Assembly (NCBI GenBank): GCA_013265495.1
Contig: MU058433.1
Span: 1-64,000, forward strand
Length of the DNA stretch: 64,000 nucleotides
Reading direction: 5' to 3'
DNA from: Vicugna vicugna
Lineage: Eukaryota
Below, in pieces: positions 54,387 through 64,000 of this stretch. The notes below the pieces were generated by a model. It was not told where the DNA came from. It saw only the letters and a program-made list of their open reading frames with translations, and did not search any database. The position numbers and the translations under genes were made by a program. The stretch's first letter is position 1. Each line of letters starts with the position of its first letter.

Positions 54387-55407
54387 TCATTCATTCCTGT
54401 GGGAGGCCCTCTCAGGGCCCACACCCCTCAGGGCCCCCGCCCAGCAGAGCCGAAGCCGGCGCCTGAGCCTCTCAGCAATCTGTTGGGTCTGCACTCCGTA
54501 GACCACGGGATTGAGAGCTGGGGGCACCAGCACGTAGAGGTTGGCCAGCAGGATGTGGATATGGCTGGGCACCGTGTGGCGGCCGAAACGGTGAGCCAAG
54601 AAGGAGAAGAGGGCAGGTGTGTAGAAGAGAGCGATGACACTGGCATGGGCCCCGCAGGTGCCCAGGGCCTTGTGGTGGGCACCACGGGATGGCAGGCGAC
54701 ACACAGCCCAGAGGATGAGGGCATAGGAAGCACTTATGAGCCCTAGGTCCAGGGCTGGAGAGAGCAGCCTGGTGGCCAGTCCGTACCAGACGTTGGGGCA
54801 CGTGTCGCCACATGCCAGCTGAGCCACGCCCATGTGCTCACAGTGGGTGTGGGGCAGGGCCCGATGCCCACAGTAAGGCAGTCTCCAGAGCAAGGCCACA
54901 GTGGGGGCCATGACACAGGCACCACGGGTCACCGCAGCTGCAGCCACGATGCCTACCACGTGCTGGGTCAGCAACGCACCATAGCGCAGAGGCTGGCAGA
55001 TGGCCACATAGTGATCCACGGCCACGGCCAGCAGCACCAAGGACTCGGCGATGAAGGCCACGTGGGCAACAAAGAGCTGGGCTTTAGGCAGGCCCTGAAG
55101 GAGATCTCTTCCGCAGGCCCCAGAGCACAGCCAGGGCTTTGGGCACTGTGGATGTGGCCAGAACCAAGTCGGCAGTGGCCAGAAACCCCAGCAATTGGTA
55201 CATGGGGGCCTGAAGTGCCTTGTCAGCTGCCACCAGCCCCAGGAGAAGGGCATTCCCTGCCAGAGCTGCCACGTACAGCAGACACATGGGCACAGAAAGC
55301 CAGGCGTGCAAGGCCTCCATTCCCAGTACCCCCAGCAGGACAAAAGGCCCAGGCCCAGGGATGAGCACAGTCTGGTTGAAAGCAGGCAGTGCAGGGCCTG
55401 GTCCCAT
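54387..55407 (-). pseudogene. GC-rich OR52-family gene disrupted by two adjacent frameshifts (position recalled as that of human OR52V1P)
   Basis: ATG at 55407 follows an acceptor ttccctgcAG. Reads LQAPMYQLL..STVPKALAVLWGL, then -1 near 55112, EISFRACL, then +2 near 55084, then AQLFVAH..HTHCEHMGVAQLAC..KALGTC..PPALNPVVYGV. DRY is replaced by DHY. Confidence 0.85.
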
Positions 55408-55852
55408 CTCCTGGCTCCACCTGTCTCTGTCCCTGCAGGGAATAAGAGGGGCCTGTGAGAGGCAAGCACCAGTTCTACAGAGATCTGAGATAGGTGGGCG
55501 TGAGGATCAGGGCTGGGGTTGCCGCAGCCTTTGCTGGGAGCATCTTTGTGTCAGGCACTATTCTAGGGGCTTGACATACACCGACCTACAAATGCCCTAA
55601 TTCTCTGTGAGTCTGTCAATGCTCCCTCCCATAGCATAGATCAAGGAATTGGTTTCTAAGGGCTAACAGACTTACTCCAAGTTGTACATCTGGTACGTAG
55701 AAGAACTAAGATGAGAATCCACTCATCTGACTAAAGGCCATGCTTTTCTGACAATCTTCTGGAGTTGGAAAGTCTTTTCTTCAGCCCGGGGGCATGGGGA
55801 CATGGGGGTGTGCTTTCCCAGGGGAAGTCATTCCTGTTGCCTAATCCTAATC

Positions 55853-55874
55853 TAACCTCAGTTAACTGAGGTTA
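55853..55874. repeat. Perfect 22-bp palindrome
   Basis: TAACCTCAGTTAACTGAGGTTA equals its own reverse complement. Confidence 0.95.
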
Positions 55875-56311
55875 AAGGAGTTAGGCATCTGTGCTCCCTT
55901 CAGCCTAGGGGAGATGTAAGTGGGAAGGAAGAAGATATAAAACTGCCGTTTCTACTCCACGCACTGACAAGTGCTCAGACAAAACTCCTCTTCCAAGATC
56001 CTTTTCCAGAAGATACTTTATTAGCTCAGACACTGTCCCAAACATCACGTCCAGTGCTTTTACCCAGCTGTTCATGGCCTTTGGCGTCCCTCCCTCTGGC
56101 TCTGACCCACTATACCTCTGTATACTTGAATCATGGAACTTAATGTCTTCTTTGACCAGTGCAGACATTCATCCCCTGACTCAGCTTTGTGGCTCTTTTT
56201 TCTCTGTCCTTTGTCCACAAGGACACCCCCTGGGTTCTATGGAAATTCAGTCTGGGGAAGTTCTGATCCCACTGAGGACACAGCAGAGCATCCAGGTTGG
56301 GTTGCAGGGGG

Positions 56312-56943
56312 AGGGCCTGGGGTCAGAGACTGCAGTGCAACTGGTGGTCAGGTTAAAACGCTGGAGGTGGGAGGGCTACCTCCCTGGGTTTAAGTGGGTA
56401 AAGGACAGCCTGGAAGAAGGATATAAGCCTGGGCTTGGCATGTTCCACCCGAGGACAAGAGTTACGTCCTTGAACTTTATGAGATACAGCACCTAGTATC
56501 TTTTCTTTTCTTTTCTTTTTTCGGTGGGGAGAGGTTTATTTATTTATTTATTTATTTATTTAATGGACGTCCTGGGGTTTGAACCCAAGACCTCGTGCAT
56601 GCTAAGCACACGCTCTACCAGCGAGCCGAGCAAGGGCCTGGGGTCAGAGACTGCAGTGCAACTGGTGGTCAGGTTAAAACGCTGGAGGTGGGAGGGCTAC
56701 CTCCCTGGGTTTAAGTGGGTAAAGGACAGCCTGGAAGAAGGATATAAGCCTGGGCTTGGCATGTTCCACCCGAGGACAAGAGTTACGTCCTTGAACTTTA
56801 TGAGATACAGCACCTAGTATCTTTTCTTTTCTTTTCTTTTTTCGGTGGGGAGAGGTTTATTTATTTATTTATTTATTTAATGGACGTCCTGGGGTTTGAA
56901 CCCAAGACCTCGTGCATGCTAAGCACACGCTCTACCAGCGAGC
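56312..56943. repeat. Near-perfect tandem duplication (315 bp + 6-bp junction + 311 bp)
   Basis: Copy 1 is 56312-56626, the junction cgagca is 56627-56632, and copy 2 is 56633-56943. The only difference seen is (TTTA)7 vs (TTTA)6. Confidence 0.95.
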
Positions 56944-56958
56944 TATACCCTCCTCTCC
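56824..56958 (-). mobile_element. Full-length Vic-1-like SINE with TSD (a truncated duplicate lies at ~56503-56626)
   Basis: TSD cagcacctagtatctt (56808-56823) / cagcacctggtatctt (56959-56974); A and B boxes present. Confidence 0.85.
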
Positions 56959-58859
56959 CAGCACCTGGTATCTTAACCTCGTCCTGCAGACTGAGGAGCC
57001 GGGGGTAGGTGAGCAGAAAACAAGGTTTCTGCCCCTGGATGAAGCTCTCAGGGTCCTCACATTTGCGTCTGCTCCAGTCTTCTTTGTGGCACTGCCTCTC
57101 GGACAGTCTCGGAGATCCTCACACTTCGGCTCTTGCAGTGTAGAGGCAGGTAATGACCTAGCGAGAATTGCCCATGTGGAAGGCTTGATGGTTTCAAACC
57201 CAGAGCTTCCTTCTGAAGGGTGAGGCTTTGCCAAGTCACGGGGCCTCCTTCTGCCTCTCACAATGGGGGCCCTGCGGGGTCCTTTAGATCCTGGGAAACT
57301 TGTGCCAGGACCCAGAGGGCAGGCCCAGCCTTGACAGGAGTTGGAGGATGTCAGCTGCCTCAGGGCCTGGGACTGTCTCTCCCCAAACCACAGGGCAGGC
57401 ACAACCCATAGCCAGGGGCCTCGTCAGAAAGGCCTGCATCAGGGCGTGGGGGCCCTACTAGCTTACTTCCTTTTGGCAAAATTCCGAAGACAACGCCACC
57501 ATCTCCCTCGTGTCTACAGCCCACACTGCTGCGTCTTCTGTTTCCTTCCACAGGCCAAGTGAAGGGAAAGAGGGGGGAGCTGGGGACCTTCCTCCTGCCC
57601 TCCAGCCTCAGCCTCTGCCCTGTGTCCTGTTCTGTGCCCAGCTGCACCCTTCTCATCTTCCACCTGCCTGCTCTGCCTGCCAAGTCCCTCTCCTCATCAC
57701 CAAGACATGACAAGGTGTTTCCTCCAGAAAAGAGCAGAACATCAAAGAACACATTAAGTGTTGCTGGAGGCATTCAGAGAAAAAGAAGGCAGAGTGACAA
57801 GAATTCAAGAAATGAACTCAGATTCTTCAGCTCTACTTGAGCCTGGGTTTCCACACCCACCCTGAGGGTCTCCTTATTCTGACTCCATCCACACATGAGT
57901 GTCCAGCCTCACACAGCTCAGCTTCCCCTGTGAGTCAGAAATTCAGCAAGGGACACATTGAGGGAGAAGTGACGTAGTATCTCTACTCTCCCTGCTCTCC
58001 CTGAGCTCCCAGGGGCAGGACTGTCTCTGAGCTGTGCCTCGGAGTCCTGGAACATCTCGTGGGTGGTGATGCACTGCAAAGGTACCATGTGATCTCGTGC
58101 CCCTTTCTCAGATCAGGAAACTGATGTACAGGAAAGAAAGAGTCAGAGAGACCTGGATCCCAGTCCAGGACTGTTTTGACCCCTGGATTTCTTGCCTTGC
58201 TCCTCACTTGACAGCAATATTCTTGTTTTTAGAGAAAGCATTCTTTGCCACACACACAGTTTCTGCAGCTCTGTGTTACCCTGGTTTCCACTTCCACTCT
58301 AAGGGAATCCCCATTCTGACGCCATCCACACCCACGCTCCTTTTTACTGGCATGAGTCACTGGGGGCACTAGGGGACGAGACCTGCATGAACCAGCTGCA
58401 GACAGACTTGTCTCCCACTTCCCGCTCCCTCCTCCTCGCGGGCACCCAGGCCAGCGCATCCCCTCCCTCTTCTTTTCTGTTGATCCTTCTCAGGGTGCCT
58501 CTGGCTCCTCAGAGCCCTTCTCCTTAGGGTGGCTCACATCCTGTGCCCCGCCTACCGGGCTTGGGGGACAGGTTTTCCCTCCAGGGGAGAGTAGAACATG
58601 AAAGAACACGCTGAACGCGGCGGGGAGATTTAACGGAAAAAGAAGGCACAGTGAAGAGTTTAAGAAGTGAACTTGGGCGACATGTGTGTAGCCTCAGGTT
58701 TATTACATGATTTGGGGTGAATCGATTAATCACTTTGAACCTTGGTTTAAACGGGATGTGTGATTCCCCACCCTGATTTTGGGAGTAGTAACGGCGAGAA
58801 GGAGACGTGGCATAGCATCACCGTTTTCTTATTTTTATTTATCCCCACTCTAACACAGG

Positions 58860-59130
58860 GCTCAAAGTCCAGAGTGGGCTTTGAGGCCAGGTTGCCTAGT
58901 TTCAAATCCTCGTACTGCCACGTGTAAGCTGTGTGGCTTTGGACAAGATACTCAACTTCTCTATGCTTCAATTTCCTTATCTTTAAATCAGGGATAAAAA
59001 TAAGTGCACCCACTTCACAGGAATAGTGCAAGGATAAAGAAAATGACCTATGTAAAGCAATTGCATAGGGTACAACAGTGCCTGAAACACAGTAACTGCC
59101 CAACGCACTTGAAATAATACTGTTGTTATT
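58860..59130. mobile_element. MIR SINE
   Basis: ttcaaatcctcgtactgccacgtgtaagctgtgtggctttggacaagatactcaacttctctatgcttcaatttccttatctttaaa. Confidence 0.7.
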
Positions 59131-61489
59131 ATCCTTGGCCCTCCTGGCTCTGTGGGAAGCCATTCCTTTCGTGGTCTTTTCTACTGTGTTGGTTCTGTTT
59201 TACAAGCTGATAAAAAGTCCTTTATTAAATCTTAAAAAGAATAAGATGAGTTGGGGACTGAACTCAGGCTATTTGAAAGCATGGTCTTGAGTTCAAAAAA
59301 AAAAAAAGGCTAAAAGGAGGCTGAAAGATTCAGATTGGATCTGATGAGACTAAAGAAAGAACTTCCTTTGCCAATAGGCTCAAGAAAAGGAAGTTGAGTA
59401 CCAGACTGTTTCTACGTAAAATGGGGAATTTGGTGGCATTGTCTTTTTTTTTTTCCCTTCATTTTTCAGTTTTATCAGGTAGAACTGTTACAATTTGACA
59501 GCACATATACAATATATTGCATGTAAATACATAAATACAATATACTGCACATTTAAAAAAAATTTACATATATTTACTGTTCATTGTTTCTAAGAACAGT
59601 TTAGAGCTTTAGCTTTTTAAACTTACAGAGTTATCAAAGGAATAAAGCCAACCACAAAATAAGAATCAACAGAATGCGGTAATCCAACCATAAAGGACAC
59701 GCAAATGTGCTTACACGTGTTCCAGAACAAATGAACTACTTATTATTTATAACTTAGGTGATTGATTTCTTGAATGTGTGTAAGAACATTTGGCGGCATT
59801 GTCTTCTAATCCTATTCTCAGTCCCCAGAGTCCACCTTTTCACGCGATTCTGGCTCAGGAATGGTGAGAGAGAGCAAGGGAGTGGTGGTGCCTTAATCCT
59901 AGTTCTCAAACTTAACAGCCACACTGGCCCTCCTCTGCATGGGACTTGCCTTTGCATCCCAGAGTAGTTCTCCGAAAAAAAATCTTAAACAACTCGTTTC
60001 CATCAGGACAGAGAGGCTTTCTGGAGCATCTCTTTAAGGATTGGCACTTTTAATGGGACTTTCAGTGTTCGGCTCAGTCTGGAATAAATCCAGGTAGAGG
60101 ATAAGGAGGAGACGTTTTCAGGAGCCCCCAGATCCTGGTTAGGATGGGACTGATCTCCCCTGATGAATTCCTGCTGCTGATGGGACAGGACCCTCTCACC
60201 TCTGCTGAAGAGGAAGGATTAAAGACGAGGAATGGGCATCCAGCCACTATCTGCTTCAGTCCCTGCTGCTCCAGCTTGTCCATTCAGCTGTCAGTGCACC
60301 CAGGATCCAGGAGACTCCAAAGATGCTCCTGTGGAGGGCCTGGGAGGGAGCAGGTGGGGATGCGAAGGATTTATGGCTCTCTCCTCTGAACCCCTCAGGG
60401 GGGCATGGGCCCTGGGCCCCTGGCGGGATCGAGAACTTGCTAGTTGCAGCTGGGAATAGTTAATGAGGAATTAACAGAGGTCTGTGGTCATCTCTGCTGA
60501 CTTTCCTGGACACATTCAGGACCTGGTAAAAGGTAGAGACTGAGCAGAGAGGAGACAGGACCCCAAAGAACCATTGGATGGGGCACAGCAAACTCAGATG
60601 CAGATGCAGTACACTCCACGCAAATGACAAACCCAGTTGTCATCTAAATATGGACAGGCATTATCATTTAGCGTTGTTTCTGCCTTAGCCCTATAAAGAG
60701 ACAAAGCAGCTCTGTGGAAAGAGTCTGGGCTTTTGAATTGGGCAGACTTGGTTTTGAATAAGGCTCCACTGCTGTGAAGCCTTCAACAAGTCTCTTAACT
60801 CTTCTGACCTTAGTTTTCTCCTTCGTACAGTGATGATTGGTGTATCTTCCCCAAAAGATGGTTGTGAAGAATCGAGTAACATGTGTAAATCACCTAGCAG
60901 AGTGCTTTGAGCTCAGGACAATGAGCACAGCATCACTCAAGCACGTGTGACTTGGAAAGAGTCGGCCTGAGAACAAATTCTGGCTTTCTGAGATAATTGC
61001 TGGACCCACATGGGGTAGCTCTTGGACCCTAATAATAGGCATTGTTCGTTTCATAACATTTTCTCTCCTCCAGAAATGCATTCCCTTCCATTTAGAGGTA
61101 CCTAAGAGAATGTAGTAATGACAGATACTTCACAATGTGTCACCCACAGTTTTTATTTGTTTTTAGTCCCTAGTTTGAATAAAATTATTTTGTGTTTACA
61201 CCACAACAGAACAAATTCACAACTTACCAAAGACAAAAAAAATTTCCATATACTATTGTAATTGTGTTTTTTGATGTTCTGGAATCATCCAACAACCCCC
61301 TTCTGTGCTGGACCATTTCCTTGTGGAGTGTGTGTGTGTACACATTCTAGCCTAGAGGGTCTGGAAGGAGCTGTTGAGATGCGGCCCAGAGACCATAAAC
61401 AACAAGCTCACTGTGCACATGAGACGATTCACTCCTAGGGGTTCTGGGTGAGGAATCCTTCCTTCACTACTTCTTGTGAGCGCACCTGC

Positions 61490-63196
61490 CCATCTTCCAA
61501 CACAACATCATCTGACAGATTTAGAAGCTAGTTAATGACATGGGAGTCCGACTCACAAGACAAATAGAGCTGGCAGTTTTTTAAAATTGCAGCTTGAATG
61601 TGCAGATGTTGCTAGGACAATAATTATCTGATGTGTGATTTGAACATGAAAGTGCTGTGAAGGAACTTTTTTTAACATCCTTGTTGACAAACCCAGCTAA
61701 ATCTGGACCGTATATGAAACTATGGAAGATACAGTATGAACAGCTGTAGTTTAGGGTTTAGGTTTGGTGTAAAAGTGTGACCTGATGGAACAGTGGTAGG
61801 TTAGTTAGTCAGTGATCATTCTGCAGTAGCTAGCACGATGAAGGAGCTTACATCGCAAGGTAAACCTAAAGGCTTGCTGTGGAAAATAAAAGCTCAAGTG
61901 AATAATGGATTTTGTGCTAGAGTAAGAATGGGGAATTGTATAAAACTCAATGTGTTACATTCAAGATGACTCTCTTTATTGTGTGATAGCATGGAAGTTG
62001 GCCAAAAACAAGAGTTTCTGCCTGATGAGGAATGATGGTTATTGTGGCTAAAAGTTCTATGGGGATGTTTGAACCATGGAATGAACTTTTTGGCCAAGAA
62101 ACCTTTTTGGCTCCACTTCTTAAGAATGTAAATTAGACAGACAGATTTTCTTATTTGATGATCTTTGTTTGTCTAATATTCTTAATACTTCGATGCAACA
62201 TATTTTTCAATAGTGTACAAGTTTTAGAGGCAAATACAGAAGTTAGAAATTTGGAAGATCAGTCTTTCTGCAGAATGTTATGACACATTCCATAAAATAA
62301 CAATAATTTTCAGTAAATAAATTGAGCTGCATGTAGCCCATCTACAAAAGTTATCACTGAACACCTTATAAATTTAATAGAATGTTTGAATTCTATTTTT
62401 CATCAAAACAAAATCCACACATAGGATTCAGAATTTCTTTTATTGAAAGGTTATATGAATTTAACTATAAAGCATAAAATAAATTGTTGAAACTGGCCAC
62501 TAGTGAGCTCTGAAGATAAAATAATGAAAATACAGCATCGCTTGCATAATTTTGAATAAAATATAAAATGTTCTTATAATGATTAAATTTCTTTAAAATC
62601 ATGTGTTCCATTTTATTCGGTAGACCTTTGTCAGATAGATTTCCTTACTCTTCACATTAGAAAAAAAATAAACAAAACACACAAAATTTGGTTTAGACGT
62701 AAATTATTGCCTACAAGTAACACTGTCATCAATCCAACCTATGTCAGACAAATTAACAAGAACAATGTGCACTCATTTGATACCTTAAAAGGTGAAGTAT
62801 TGATACACATGGTGTTGCTTCAAAAGGTATTTAAGGCTTTCACTTTTCACTATAACTTTTGTTTAATTTTAATCGCAGAATGACAAACTCTCATGATGCA
62901 ATGCATGTTCTCTACATTAACCACCTGTACGCATACTCTCAAAAAAAGTGTGTATGATTTCTGTAAGTCCTTTATTTTTCACCTGTGTTTATTTTGGTTG
63001 TATTTACTGTAATATATTTTATGTCTTTTGCATGTAATAATAGAAGCAAGACTTGTGTATTCGACATTTATTTTTTAGTTTTATTTTTTCTACTAATTTA
63101 TTTTTTGTACTTTACAGAAGTATTAATCTACAGTTTTTAGACATTAAAATTGTTAAAATTGTTATGATTCCTCATCAATAGTTCGAGAAGACCTGA
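61490..63196 (+). mobile_element. Charlie1-like hAT DNA transposon, decayed transposase plus 3' end
   Basis: Fragments resemble ZBED5/Charlie1 (LVNDM..QIELA..LQL.ECADVA; SLLCDSME; KVITEHLINLIECL; KLLKLATS). Terminus atagttcgagaagacctg resembles the Charlie1 TIR region. Confidence 0.7.
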
Positions 63197-64000
63197 CCTA
63201 GAGACCGTTCTCTACACACGTCCACATATATGTAATCTGCATTTGTGATGCAGCGATTTCCTTCTGCTGCTGAATGAGCTGGTATTACTGTTCTGTGGAT
63301 TCCAACTCACTCTGGGGTGTGTCCTCTCAAGTTCAGACGTAGAAATAAAATAGTAAAAGTCAATCTGAATATACAGTCATATCATATTCTCGAATCCAAT
63401 ACTACCAGAAATAAAGTTCAGACTTTTATATCCACTGTCTGACTCTTCTACTTATCTCACAGTTAGGTTGCAAAAGGAAGTAGAGAATGTGTGAGTAATT
63501 ATTAGCTTTCAAATGCAAATCATAGCATCAAGCTACGGGACTGTTTACAAACCTCATCCACTGATACTCCATTCAGTTGCCTACATCCATGCAGGCTGGC
63601 TAATGAGCGCCCCTATTTCTCACTGCCCAACCCCTGCAGCCCCTAAGCAATGCATCATCACCATGGATGGCTCCTCCATCAACCCAAGCTTTCAGATCTT
63701 TGAAATGCATGGTTTCCCACCTAGGCTCAAGCAATACCCTCCCTCAGGCAGGTCCCATTCCCCTTATTCTTGAGGCTCAGCTTCTTTGTGTTCTTCAAGA
63801 CAATCTCTGAAATGAACTCTTCCAGGAAACTTTCTTGGACTGCAAGGAATGGTTGTGTATGCTTCCTTTGTGCTTCCCTAACACCCTATCTCAATCATTG
63901 CAATACATAAAACTGCCTGAGTAAATCACCTACTTTTGTAATTTACCCTTTTGCTAAACTACAAGCTTCTTGGTTGTAAGCAGCAGGTGTACTGGCTCTG

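Noticed and set aside
54387..55469. 360-aa ORF as an intact olfactory receptor
   Set aside because: Its N-terminal third is out of frame with the real OR TM1-TM2, so it is a frameshift chimera.
56074..56817. Two ORFs with identical C-termini
   Set aside because: Artefact of the tandem duplication; partly SINE-derived and non-coding.

Overview
Mammalian genomic DNA, most likely a camelid (tRNA-derived SINEs resemble the camelid Vic-1 type). It lies in the class I olfactory receptor cluster, syntenic to human 11p15.4. Intact genes: OR51I2 (-), OR52D1 (+) and a co-oriented trio of single-coding-exon ubiquilins on the minus strand (a UBQLN5-like gene, UBQLN3, and a UBQLNL that keeps its UBA domain). 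Disabled genes: a 5'-truncated OR51 pseudogene, an inverted half-copy OR52D-like pseudogene, a multi-exon OLFM5 (OLFM4-like) pseudogene and a GC-rich OR52 gene broken by two close frameshifts. Repeats include two TSD-bounded ERVK-type solo LTRs, a nested L1/L1/LTR stack, ERV1 and MLT2 LTRs, Charlie1-like hAT remnants, MER20, MER5A, L2 and SINEs. The most interesting unannotated signals are a tandem CRE-like module at the same spacing upstream of the ubiquilin paralogs, complementary STI1 decay among them, a very recent ~315-bp tandem duplication with a templated junction, and two co-oriented CTCF-like motifs. Gene and repeat names come from recalled similarity, not database searches. I found no clearly new biological system.
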